A stretch of 64,000 nucleotides of DNA, taken from positions 252,407 to 316,406 of the forward strand of contig CANRFV010000001.1 of NCBI GenBank assembly GCA_947629985.1, written 5' to 3'. A program made the position numbers and the translations under genes. Shown here piece by piece: positions 44,097 to 53,196 of the stretch (its first letter is position 1; each line of letters starts with the position of its first letter). The notes under the pieces were generated by a model. The model was given only the letters and a program-made list of their open reading frames with translations. It did not search any database and had not been told where the DNA came from. Source of the DNA: an uncultured Clostridia bacterium (GTDB lineage Bacteria; Bacillota; Clostridia; Christensenellales; CAG-314).

Positions 44097-45626
44097 TTAT
44101 TTTTGCTCGCCGTTTTCGCCGATAAACGCGCCTTCTTCGGCGGACTCGCCCGTGTATTCAACGGGGGCAAATTCCGTTTCGGGCGGTTGCTGTTCGGACT
44201 GAGTTTGCGCGGCGGGAATAATGTTGCCGTGCATGGCAATGTAGTCTTCGTCCGCAAAACGCACGGTTTTGCCCAGCCACCTTAGGTTGATACTGCCCGT
44301 TTCGCCGTTGCGGTGCTTGGCGATGATAAGGCTGAACTTGGGCTCGCCGCCCTGCGTGTTGGTGTCCTTGTGGATAAACAAAACGATGTCCGCGTCCTGC
44401 TCGATGGCGCCGGATTCGCGCAAGTCGGACAAAACGGGCTCGCTGCCGCCGCCTTCCTTACCCTTTATGTTGCGGATCTCGGCGTCGCGCTTTAACTGCG
44501 AAAGGGCGATTACGGGAATGTTCAATTCCTTTGCCAACAATTTGAGCGCGCGGGATATGGACGCGACTTCCTGCTGGCGGCCTTCGTTGCGGGCGTTGTC
44601 GCTGCCCGACATCAACTGAATGTAGTCGATAACTACCAGATCCAAACCGTGCTGCGCCTTTAATCTGCGGCACTGCGAAGCGATTTCGGACGGCTTGATG
44701 TTGGCATAATCGTTGCCGTACAGGCGCATAGAAGAACAGATGGTCTCCTGCGCAAGACGCAACTTGGCAAGGTCGCCCGTGCCGCCGGGCAAATTGCCGC
44801 TTTTGATATATTCCAACGGAACGGTGGACATACTGGAAAGCAAACGCTCGATAAGTTGCTGATTGGACATTTCCAGACTGAACACCGCAACCGTTTTGCC
44901 CGTTTTTGCCACGTGTTCGACGATGTTCATTGCCAACGCCGATTTGCCTACGCCGGGACGCGCCGCAAGCACGATGAGTTCGCCGCCGTGCAAACCGTTG
45001 GTCATACGGTCAAACCGCGTAAAGCCCGTGGATATGCCGCGGAACTTGTCGGGATCGACAAAACGTTGGTTTATTTCCCACAACGCTTTTGCCGTGTCCT
45101 CCGACAGCGACACCAGCCCGCCGTTACTGCCGCCCTGAGACAATTTGAATATCTCTTCTTCGGCAAAAGTTATTGCGTCTTCCGCGCTTGCCAAACTGTA
45201 AGCCTTTTGCGTAACTTCGCTGCAAATGCGAATAAGTTGGCGCATCTTGGACGCGCGCAAAACAATTGCAAGATATTCGCCGTAATTGGCTGTGCCCGGC
45301 AAAAAGTCGTTGAGCCGAGTTATGTATTCGACGTCGCCGACCTTGTCCAAATCGCCGCTACGCCGCAAATAGTCGATAACCGAAGCGATATTTACCGTAT
45401 CGGCGACATTTTCGTCCCCGGATTTGTGCGTATAGGACGAAATTTCTTTCATTGCGGAAAATATTATCGCGTGATTGCGCTGGTAAAAATCTTCCGGCGA
45501 AAGCGCGGCTATGATTTCCGCCTGAAACGCCGCGTCGCGTAAAATACAGCACAAAATACTTTGTTCCGCTTCGACGCTGTTGGGCATTGTAATTGCCGTA
45601 ATTTTTTCTTCTTTTTTTGCCGGCAT
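44097..45626 (-). CDS. dnaB: Replicative DNA helicase (DnaB family) with acidic C-terminal tail
   Basis: 509 aa. Walker A ARPGVGKSA and DnaB N-terminal domain motifs. About 50 extra Glu/Gln-rich residues after the RecA-like core. Confidence 0.95.
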   Translation of the reverse strand: MPAKKEEKITAITMPNSVEAEQSILCCILRDAAFQAEIIAALSPEDFYQRNHAIIFSAMKEISSYTHKSGDENVADTVNIASVIDYLRRSGDLDKVGDVEYITRLNDFLPGTANYGEYLAIVLRASKMRQLIRICSEVTQKAYSLASAEDAITFAEEEIFKLSQGGSNGGLVSLSEDTAKALWEINQRFVDPDKFRGISTGFTRFDRMTNGLHGGELIVLAARPGVGKSALAMNIVEHVAKTGKTVAVFSLEMSNQQLIERLLSSMSTVPLEYIKSGNLPGGTGDLAKLRLAQETICSSMRLYGNDYANIKPSEIASQCRRLKAQHGLDLVVIDYIQLMSGSDNARNEGRQQEVASISRALKLLAKELNIPVIALSQLKRDAEIRNIKGKEGGGSEPVLSDLRESGAIEQDADIVLFIHKDTNTQGGEPKFSLIIAKHRNGETGSINLRWLGKTVRFADEDYIAMHGNIIPAAQTQSEQQPPETEFAPVEYTGESAEEGAFIGENGEQK

Positions 45627-45740
45627 AGTATCTCCTTTTGTGGCAGGTAGGCTTTGCGCGCCGTTTCAGACGGCGTTTGGCGGCGAAAATTGCGTTATTA
45701 AAGCAACAAACGCGCCGCAACGCATACCATAGGTATTTTA

Positions 45741-45769
45741 ATTATACTAAATATTGCCGTATAAATCAA
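45741..45769 (-). promoter_or_regulatory. Putative dnaB operon promoter
   Basis: Minus strand reads TTGATT-17 nt-TATAAT, about 115 nt upstream of the dnaB ATG. Confidence 0.5.
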
Positions 45770-46214
45770 TAAAATAAAAACAAAAGTTTACTAATTTGTA
45801 ATGGGTTTGTTAAAAATTTGGGCGGACATGCCGACAAGACGAGTTGTGAGCGGTCTGGCAAAAACGGCAATTACGTGTTTTACGGCGGTTTTGTGCCGCA
45901 ACCGCGTAAAAGTATTTGAAAAAACAAACAAATTTGCAAAAAAGTTTAATTATACTTTGCGCACAAAGGCGCGCTTGTGTACCGCAAGATGTAAAGGCAA
46001 TGACATTTACCCGCAAGCGGACGCTCGAAAAACTTACGCAACCGCGCGTGACGGGCGAAAACGGGTAGGGCATGTTGCCCTGTCGCCACAAACTCCGTGC
46101 CGCAATACCGCGAGTTGCGTAGGCGAGAGAGTTGCACAATCAAAGGTAAGGTTCATACGGCGCGCAACGTCCACCGCGAATAGCGAGTGCGAGCGAGTTG
46201 CGCGGACGTTATCG

Positions 46215-47447
46215 TTACGGCAACAGGTCGTTTTCGCGCGGCAATGTTCCGCGCGCCACCACCATATCCACGCGTTTGTATTTATTGGCGCGAATGAGCA
46301 ACGTTTTTACCAATTTGCCGTCGGCGTAATAATTGAGATAGGACTTGCTTTCCACGCCGTCCGAACCGGGCGTTATTATCTGCGTTTGGTCGGCGTACAC
46401 AAGTTGGGGATATTTGACGGGGTCGTTTACCACCACCGTTTGAAATTTGTCGCGTTTTTCGCTGCTTACACGCTCGACAAAATATTTGTTGGGCTTGCCG
46501 TAAATATCGAAACGCACAACTCCGTCGTAAACGTGCGCGGCAATGTACACGGGAAATTCGGAGTCGTTTGTAAAGGTCAAGTCGGCGGCGCCGTAACTTA
46601 CCATTGCGTCGAACCCCGCCTTTACGTAGGACGATACCAGCGAGTGAGCGACCGCTTGGGGCAAAAACTCCGCCAACAACAATGCGTTGTACAACGTTGT
46701 GGATACCTGACACACTCCGCCGCCCACGCCGTCGGCGTAATTGCCGTTGAGTATTACTTTGGCGTTTTTGTAGCCCGTTTGCAACGTGCGCTCGCCCACC
46801 GTATCGTTAAACGAAAACGTTTGACCCGCCTGTACCGTTGTGCCGTTAATCGAGGCTACGGCTTTGCGAATGTTGTACGTTCTGTTGGCGTTGGCCGCGT
46901 TAAACGACGTGGAAAAGGACGCTTTGAGTACGGTATTTTGCTTCAATTGCCGCACTGTTACAGCCTGATCCGTTACGACGGGCAAATTGATATTGATGGT
47001 TTTGCCGCGCGAAGTAAGCGCAGTTTCGAACAGTTTTCGCACGTCGATATGCACGCCGTTTTGTTCGCGTTCGTACTCGAAGCCCTTTGCCGAAAAGTTG
47101 ACGCGGGCGTCCCGACGCGTTTGCTCGACATATTCGAAATGCCTTACAACGGACATAAAATCGGGCAAAATATAGTTGCAAATTGCGTCAAAAGGCAACC
47201 CCATCTGCAATAATCGGCAATATAAGTGCATTTTTTGCCGCGCGCCCGAATAAAACTCTCGCTGCTCAGCCTGATCGGCGCAGGCGGAAATTTTGTCGCT
47301 TAGGCGATACGAGCAAACGTCGCCGTCGTACACCGCGTCGAACCGAACGTCCCACGGACAAAGCGTTTGCGCGCTTGCCTGCGCATATACAAAAACGCTC
47401 GCCAACATTGCGAGCGTAATTACGGTAAAAATAAACTTTTTTGTCAT
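46215..47447 (-). CDS. VanW-family protein with C-terminal G5-like domain
   Basis: 410 aa with an N-terminal signal peptide and the VanW motif GGGVCQVSTTLYNA. ATGA overlap with the upstream PHP gene. Confidence 0.85.
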   Translation of the reverse strand: MTKKFIFTVITLAMLASVFVYAQASAQTLCPWDVRFDAVYDGDVCSYRLSDKISACADQAEQREFYSGARQKMHLYCRLLQMGLPFDAICNYILPDFMSVVRHFEYVEQTRRDARVNFSAKGFEYEREQNGVHIDVRKLFETALTSRGKTININLPVVTDQAVTVRQLKQNTVLKASFSTSFNAANANRTYNIRKAVASINGTTVQAGQTFSFNDTVGERTLQTGYKNAKVILNGNYADGVGGGVCQVSTTLYNALLLAEFLPQAVAHSLVSSYVKAGFDAMVSYGAADLTFTNDSEFPVYIAAHVYDGVVRFDIYGKPNKYFVERVSSEKRDKFQTVVVNDPVKYPQLVYADQTQIITPGSDGVESKSYLNYYADGKLVKTLLIRANKYKRVDMVVARGTLPRENDLLP

Positions 47448-48253
47448 ATTCCCAATATAATCCGAGTGTATGCCGTGGGCGAAAAACTTTTTGCGCCGAG
47501 TTCCACGCCGTGCGTGTAATCGTGAAAATCGCTGCCGCCGGTTACGATAAGTTTGTATTTTTTTGCCATTTTGGTGTAAAACTTACGCTCGGTACTATTG
47601 TGTGTAAAATAGTTCGCTTCGATACCACCCAGACCGGACAGAACAAGCGGTTTGAGAAATTTTTCAAATTCCACGGGATTTAAGCGCAGTTGCTTGGGAT
47701 GCGCCAGCACGGGAATACCGCCGAAACGCAATGTAAAACGTATGGCTTCGACGGGGGTAAGTCGGCGCGTATTTACAAAGCAGGATTTGCCCGTACCCAA
47801 ATACTTGTCGAACGCTTCCGGCACGTCTTTGCAATAGCCGAGTCGCACCATTTCGCGAGCAATGACCGCGCGACCGACCGAACCGTTGGCACGCAAGGCG
47901 TCCAGATCCACCGCCATTCCGAGTTGATTGAGTTTTTCGACAATCTTGGCGTTGCGAACATCGCGAAATTGCGCTATTACCTGCATTTCCTGTGTAAATT
48001 CGGGCGCAGTTACGTCGATATTGTACGCCAAAATGTGTACGTCCTGCCCCGCAACCGCCGAAAGTTCGGCTCCGACGACAAATTTCATCCCCACCTGTCG
48101 GGCATATTTTTGCGCGCGTATACTGCCGCCGAACGTGTCGTGATCGGTAATGGATATGCAGTTGAGACCGCGATTTTTTGCCATGTCAACTATTTCTTCG
48201 GGGCTGAAAATGCCGTCCGAACAGTTGCTGTGTATGTGTAAGTCGCATTTCAT
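47444..48253 (-). CDS. PHP-domain phosphoesterase (TrpH/YciV-like)
   Basis: 269 aa from the internal ATG (MKCDLHIHSNCSDG). PHP histidine motifs HIHS and DHD. Confidence 0.85.
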   Translation of the reverse strand: MKCDLHIHSNCSDGIFSPEEIVDMAKNRGLNCISITDHDTFGGSIRAQKYARQVGMKFVVGAELSAVAGQDVHILAYNIDVTAPEFTQEMQVIAQFRDVRNAKIVEKLNQLGMAVDLDALRANGSVGRAVIAREMVRLGYCKDVPEAFDKYLGTGKSCFVNTRRLTPVEAIRFTLRFGGIPVLAHPKQLRLNPVEFEKFLKPLVLSGLGGIEANYFTHNSTERKFYTKMAKKYKLIVTGGSDFHDYTHGVELGAKSFSPTAYTRIILGI

Positions 48254-48367
48254 ACCGAAACTATACCAAATTTTGCCGATGTTGTCAACCGTGCGCGTTT
48301 GCGCGGGTGGCAGCCATTTTACGCGCGGCGGCTTACGCGGCAATACAAACGCTGCGCGGTGATTGCG

Positions 48368-48403
48368 CAAAAAAAGGCTATTGCAAATTTGCGGCAATAG
48401 CCT
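48368..48403 (-). terminator. Rho-independent terminator after udk
   Basis: Minus strand reads AGGCTATTGC-9-nt loop-GCAATAGCCT followed by T7. Confidence 0.7.
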
Positions 48404-48465
48404 GTTTGTACGGCGTATCGAGCGCCGTTGTGAGTTGAATTTGGGGGGGGCAAATTAAGCAAACG

Positions 48466-49089
48466 TTACTCCGCGGTTGCGGCAAGACGTTTGCGTATGC
48501 CGTCGATTATCATAGAAATTGCTATCTCGTTGTGTCCGCCCTGCGGTATGATAAGGTCGGCTTTGGCTTTGGACGGTTCCACAAATTGCTCGTGCATGGG
48601 CTTTACGGTGCCGAGATATTGGTCGATTACCGACTGCATACTTCTGCCGCGCTCGTTTACGTCGCGACTGAGACGGCGAATAAACCGCACGTCGGCGTCG
48701 GCGTCTACAAACAGTTTGATGTCGCACAGTTTGCACAGCGTGGCGTCGGTATAAATAAGTATGCCTTCGACGATAATTATACGCGCGCTTTGCGTGCGCT
48801 GCCACTCGCTGTTGCGACGATATTCGGCAAAGTCGTACGTGGGGTGCATTATTGCGTTGCCGTCCTTTAAGCGGCGCACGTGTTCGATGAGCAATGCCGT
48901 GTCGAGCGAATCGGGGTGGTCGTAATTGAGTTTGCTGCGCTGTTCGAAAGTAAGTTCGTCGTGCGGCTTGTAATAGTAATCGTGAGAAAGCATTACGGCG
49001 TCGCTGCCGAACGCATCGAAAAGTTTTTGCGCTACCGTTGTTTTGCCCGACGCAGTGCCGCCGGCGATACCTATAACAATTCTGTCCAT
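48466..49089 (-). CDS. udk: Uridine kinase
   Basis: 207 aa. P-loop GGTASGKTT and Udk core motifs. Confidence 0.95.
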   Translation of the reverse strand: MDRIVIGIAGGTASGKTTVAQKLFDAFGSDAVMLSHDYYYKPHDELTFEQRSKLNYDHPDSLDTALLIEHVRRLKDGNAIMHPTYDFAEYRRNSEWQRTQSARIIIVEGILIYTDATLCKLCDIKLFVDADADVRFIRRLSRDVNERGRSMQSVIDQYLGTVKPMHEQFVEPSKAKADLIIPQGGHNEIAISMIIDGIRKRLAATAE

Positions 49090-49303
49090 TTGTACACCTC
49101 GGCATAATTGTAACAGACCGGAACGCGTATTGTCAAACTATTGCGGGGCGGCGTGCGCGCAATAGGAAAAAAATCGTAAAAAAAGCCGTAACGTTACGTC
49201 AATATTGCGCAAATAGCCGCAAAAAAGCGTGCAAGCGCAAATTTACGCAGTGCGACAGCGCCGGCTACGAGCAATAAATATTGCGCGGATTGCGTAATTG
49301 CAG

Positions 49304-49332
49304 TTGACAAATGCGAAATAAAGTTTTATACT
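49304..49332 (+). promoter_or_regulatory. tRNA-Gln promoter
   Basis: TTGACA-17 nt-TATACT, ending 11 nt before the tRNA 5' end. Confidence 0.6.
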
Positions 49333-49343
49333 ATCAATGATAT

Positions 49344-49418
49344 TGGGGTATCGCCAAGCGGTAAGGCAACGGATTCTGACTCCGTCATCCGCAGGTTCAA
49401 ATCCTGCTACCCTAGCCA
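49344..49418 (+). tRNA. tRNA-Gln (anticodon CTG), CCA encoded
   Basis: Hand-folded. Acceptor TGGGGTA/TACCCTA with U1-A72; anticodon arm ACGGA-TTCTGAC-TCCGT; T-arm GCAGG-TTCAAAT-CCTGC; discriminator G plus CCA. Confidence 0.9.
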
Positions 49419-49536
49419 AGCGGGCAACTGCGCTTTTGGTTGCAACGGAAAGGAAGCACTTTTGGGTGCTCCCTTTTCCTTTGCTGTCCTTTTGCTTGTT
49501 GCCCTTTTCTGTCGTGTAGACAGGACAGTTTGAATT

Positions 49537-49684
49537 ATGTAGCACTCCACTGCGTTTCGTTTACCTTGCGCTTCGCTTAGGACAAATCCTGCTACCCTAG
49601 CCAAGCGGGCAACTGCGCTTTTGGTTGCAACGGAAAGGAAGCACTTTTCAGTGCTCCCTTTTCCTTTGCTGTCCTTTTGCTTGT
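49537..49684 (+). repeat. Module + duplicated 3' end of tRNA-Gln plus trailer (copy 2)
   Basis: 49537-49583 is ATGTAGCACTCCACTGCGTTTCGTTTACCTTGCGCTTCGCTTAGGAC. 49583-49684 repeats 49398-49499 (T-loop C56 to CCA plus the two trailer hairpins). Confidence 0.85.
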
Positions 49685-49826
49685 ACACCATATAAGTCAA
49701 TATCATAACTTGCGGGGCCCCCAATAAGACGTAGCGCAGCAGTCTTGTTGGGGAGAGGAGCAACCGCCCGACAGCGGTACCGTCTGCGCTTGCACAGGCG
49801 AGGCTGTCATAGCGCGAGTTGCGACG

Positions 49827-49953
49827 ATGTAGCACTCCACTGCGTTTCGTTTACCTTGCGCTTCGCTTAGGACAAATCCTGCTACCCTAGCCAAGCGGGC
49901 AACTGCGCTTTTGGTTGCAACGGAAAGGAAGCACTTTTCAGTGCTTCCTTTTC
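49827..49953 (+). repeat. Module + duplicated 3' end of tRNA-Gln plus trailer (copy 3)
   Basis: Same module at 49827-49873. 49873-49953 again repeats the tRNA-Gln 3' end and trailer. Confidence 0.85.
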
Positions 49954-49988
49954 GTTTATATTGAACTATATTGTACTATATTACAAAT

Positions 49989-50612
49989 TTAATCGGGGTC
50001 GCATACGTCGCCGAAAGTGCGAATTACGACGTTTACCGTATCGTAGCCGTAACCGCGGTACAACAAATAACGTTGAAGTTTTTGCAATGTTTTGACGTCT
50101 GCCGTTTTGCCGCGCATATACTTTTGCGCAAGGGCGCTTGCGTTGTTGAGCGCTTGGTCGCCGTCCATTTGCGAATATTCGTCGGCGCGCGTTACGGATA
50201 TGCCCTTGCCGATAAGTTCCTGCCTTATTCGGCGCGAACCTTTTGTGGCGCTGTTTTGGCGGGCGTACATCTGGGCGTACGCGTCGTCGTCGAGATAGCG
50301 CAACTGTTTCAGACGGTCGATGGCGTAATCCACTGTCTGCGCGGTATATCCTTTGCGCGTGAGATAATCGCGCATTTGCTTGCAGGTTTTGCTTGCGCGA
50401 GACAAATAATCGATTGCGCGCTGCAAAGCCATCGAACGTTCGCTATCCGCAATTGCCTGCTGCAATTTGGCTGCGGATACGTCCTGTCCTATCTTCAAAC
50501 CCAACTTCATTACCGTTACCATTTCCAGAGCAAAAGCGTACTCGCCATCCACGTATATGTTGGCGCGGGTCTTGTTGTTTTTTTGAATTTGCATATCGGT
50601 AATTTTGGGCAT
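49989..50612 (-). CDS. recX: RecA regulator RecX
   Basis: 207 aa from the internal ATG (MPKITDMQ). Three-repeat helical RecX pattern (ALQRAIDYLS, YLTRKGY, LRYLDD..YA). Confidence 0.8.
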   Translation of the reverse strand: MPKITDMQIQKNNKTRANIYVDGEYAFALEMVTVMKLGLKIGQDVSAAKLQQAIADSERSMALQRAIDYLSRASKTCKQMRDYLTRKGYTAQTVDYAIDRLKQLRYLDDDAYAQMYARQNSATKGSRRIRQELIGKGISVTRADEYSQMDGDQALNNASALAQKYMRGKTADVKTLQKLQRYLLYRGYGYDTVNVVIRTFGDVCDPD

Positions 50613-50727
50613 AGGTATCCTTTGTTGCGGCATCGCGCAACGGTACGCGCTGACGTGTGAAAAAGCCGTACTTGCTGATACGGCTATTATAACACATCGC
50701 AAAACAAAATTCAACCGAGAGCGGCAT

Positions 50728-51108
50728 TTAACTGCGCAAACGATGATATTTGTCTACCGCTTGCGAATACTTGGACGCCAATTTGGACAAGTAGGTTTGC
50801 TTTTCGGCGGGAGACAAACCCGCCATATATTCCTTGTCCGCAAGGCGCATAATGGGGTCGCTTACAAGTTCATCGCTGTCCAACATAGCTTCCACCTTGG
50901 CGTAAAACTCCTGTTCTTCGCAAAAACCGTCGTAATCGTAAATGCGACGCTGTAATTTACGGCGTTCTTCTTCGCCGACTTTGCGGCTGTTTAGCCCCAT
51001 TGTGGCGGCAACTTGCTTTTCGGTTTGTATATCGCTCTTGGCTTGCTCCCAAAAGCCGCTCTTCATGCGCTCCTTGGCACGCTTGGCGTATTCTTTGAAC
51101 GTAGACAT
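50728..51108 (-). CDS. Hypothetical protein (126 aa, charged/helical)
   Basis: Internal ATG (MSTFKEYAKRAK) preceded by GGAGG. No family recognised. Confidence 0.5.
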   Translation of the reverse strand: MSTFKEYAKRAKERMKSGFWEQAKSDIQTEKQVAATMGLNSRKVGEEERRKLQRRIYDYDGFCEEQEFYAKVEAMLDSDELVSDPIMRLADKEYMAGLSPAEKQTYLSKLASKYSQAVDKYHRLRS

Positions 51109-51214
51109 TCGTCCCTCCGCAAACAATTGTATATTTTGTCGAAAACTTGTCATAAAAAACAAACTGCTTACCGTATCGTGGTAAGCAGTCTTCTTTGGTG
51201 TTGTCTGTTAAAAC

Positions 51215-51391
51215 TCAGGTTCTGTTGCGTTTACGTGCCGCTTCGGCTTTCTTTTTACGTCTTACGCTGGGTTTTTCGTATTGTTCCTTCTTGCGAAGGT
51301 CGCCAATGATACCGTCGCGGGCGCAACGTCTTTTGAAACGGCGCAGTGCGCTGTCCAACGTTTCATTTTCGCCAACTTTGATGGTTGCCAT
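51215..51391 (-). CDS. rpsU: 30S ribosomal protein S21
   Basis: 58 aa: [28 protein letters not shown]... with a basic tail. The ORF-track 5' extension was rejected. Confidence 0.9.
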   Translation of the reverse strand: MATIKVGENETLDSALRRFKRRCARDGIIGDLRKKEQYEKPSVRRKKKAEAARKRNRT

Positions 51392-51500
51392 GTTTTTTCG
51401 CCTCCTTTCCGTATCAGTGGTTAATTTGAATGCTTGTATATTATCGCACATAAAAGCGCCGATGTCAATTGTTTGACGGCAACAGAGTGCAAATAAAATA

Positions 51501-51905
51501 TTATTTGAGCGCCAATTTGTCGCATACCGATTGCAAATCGATATCGCGTTTGCCGCTTAGCGGCCACATTTCAAGTCCGTCGCCGTTTTTGCGCGGTATT
51601 ATGTGAAAATGCAAATGGAAAACGCTTTGCTCCGCCGCTTTGCCGCTGGCGTTAAACACGTTTACCCCGTCGAATCCGCAATCGTTTACGTAGTGATTGC
51701 TTATTGTTTTGACTGCGTTTATTACCGCGGCAAGACTGTCGGGATCGCAATCCAACACGTTTACGCAATGCCGCTTGGGAATTACCAACGTGTGCCCGTA
51801 GGCGTCGCACGCGATATCCAAAAAGGCGTACACTTTGTCGTCCTCGTAAATTTTATATGACGGAATTGCGCCGTCGATTATTTTACAGAAAATGCAGTCG
51901 TCCAT
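51501..51905 (-). CDS. HIT-family nucleotide hydrolase
   Basis: 134 aa with the histidine triad HLHFHIIPR. Confidence 0.9.
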   Translation of the reverse strand: MDDCIFCKIIDGAIPSYKIYEDDKVYAFLDIACDAYGHTLVIPKRHCVNVLDCDPDSLAAVINAVKTISNHYVNDCGFDGVNVFNASGKAAEQSVFHLHFHIIPRKNGDGLEMWPLSGKRDIDLQSVCDKLALK

Positions 51906-51929
51906 AGTCGTTTCTCCTTGTTGAGTTTT

Positions 51930-53189
51930 TTATTTGTTGTTGTCGCCGCAAAATACCGCGCCGCTTGCGCCGTCCGAATAGGGACGCTTGATTTGCACGT
52001 TGCAAATTGCGCCTTCGGACGCTTTGCCCGTAAAATACACGCGCAAATACTGCGGAGTGTAACCTTCCCAATAGCCGTCGCGCTTGCGTTCGCACAACAC
52101 GGGTTGCACCGTTCCGCACAAACCGCGTGCAAAATTTTGCTTTAATTGCGCCTTTACCAGCCCCAAAGAGTGCGCGCGCTGCAATTTTACGGTTGCGTCT
52201 ACGTCCTGCCAACCGTATGCCGCGGTACCTTCGCGCGGGGAATAGGGAAATACGTGTACATCGGCAAAGCCCACTTGTTTTACAAAACGGCACGTTTGCG
52301 CAAATTCGTCGTCGGTTTCGCCGCAAAAGCCCACTATTATGTCGGTAGTTATTGCCGCGTCCGGAAAGACATTGCGAATTTTTTGCACGGCGCCGAGATA
52401 TTGCTCGGTAGTATACTTGCGATTCATTCGTTTGAGCACGCTGTTGCAACCGCTTTGCAACGACAAGTGAAAATGCGGGCAGAAATTTATCTTTTTGAGA
52501 CTGTCGAGCAACTCGTCGGTAATTACGCGCGCTTCCAAACTGCCCAGACGTATACGCGTTTGCACGCCGCAAAGCGCATCGAACAGTTGCGGAAGGCTCT
52601 CGCCCGTATCGGCGCCGAATTGCGATATATCTATGCCGATAAGTACCGTTTCGGCACTGCCGGCTTGCCTTACTTCGTCAACTACGTCCGCAATTTTACG
52701 GCTGCGGCTACGCCCGCGCAAATACGGCACGATACAATAACTGCAAAAGTTGTTGCAACCGTCCTGTATTTTGACAAAAGCGCGCGTGCGCGACTGTGCC
52801 GAAATGCCCGATTCCGCGTAGACGGAAGGCAATTCTTCCACGTCTACGCCCGTAACGCCGCTTTCAACCGCATTGACGATGGCGGTTTTGTCCGCAACGC
52901 CCTTGATAAACGTTACATTGGCTATATCGGCAAATTGAGCGCTGTTTTTTTGCGCGGCGCAACCCACGACAAGCACCTTGCAATCGGCGTTGAGCGCGCG
53001 TGCGCGCGCCACAAGTTGACGGGATTTCTTTTCCGCTTCGGCGGTAACGGCGCAGGTGTTGAGAATAAACACGTCCGCCTTATTCAGACCGTGAAACGCC
53101 GTGTGCCCCGCCTGTTGCAAACGGGATATTATTTGTCCGCTTTCGTAAAGGTTGGTTTTGCAACCCAAAGTAAATACCGAAACGACCAT
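51930..53189 (-). CDS. mtaB: Radical-SAM methylthiotransferase, MtaB (YqeV)-like
   Basis: 419 aa from the internal ATG (MVVSVFTLGCKTN). CxxxCxxC radical SAM motif (CNNFCSYC). Conserved position after prmA. Confidence 0.8.
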   Translation of the reverse strand: MVVSVFTLGCKTNLYESGQIISRLQQAGHTAFHGLNKADVFILNTCAVTAEAEKKSRQLVARARALNADCKVLVVGCAAQKNSAQFADIANVTFIKGVADKTAIVNAVESGVTGVDVEELPSVYAESGISAQSRTRAFVKIQDGCNNFCSYCIVPYLRGRSRSRKIADVVDEVRQAGSAETVLIGIDISQFGADTGESLPQLFDALCGVQTRIRLGSLEARVITDELLDSLKKINFCPHFHLSLQSGCNSVLKRMNRKYTTEQYLGAVQKIRNVFPDAAITTDIIVGFCGETDDEFAQTCRFVKQVGFADVHVFPYSPREGTAAYGWQDVDATVKLQRAHSLGLVKAQLKQNFARGLCGTVQPVLCERKRDGYWEGYTPQYLRVYFTGKASEGAICNVQIKRPYSDGASGAVFCGDNNK

Positions 53190-53196
53190 ATACGAC

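Noticed and set aside
48443-48450. Third homopolymer (G8 on the plus strand, C8 on the minus strand) as another phase-variation switch.
   Set aside because: It lies 16 nt after the udk stop and before the udk terminator. It is not between promoter hexamers or inside a coding region, and a run of 8 is within chance expectation for 64 kb.
49243-49894. ORFs 49243-49545, 49407-49835 and 49703-49894 across the tRNA-Gln repeats.
   Set aside because: They are antisense to tRNA-Gln and its repeat units. The repeated peptide segments come from the DNA repeats, and there are no coding signatures.
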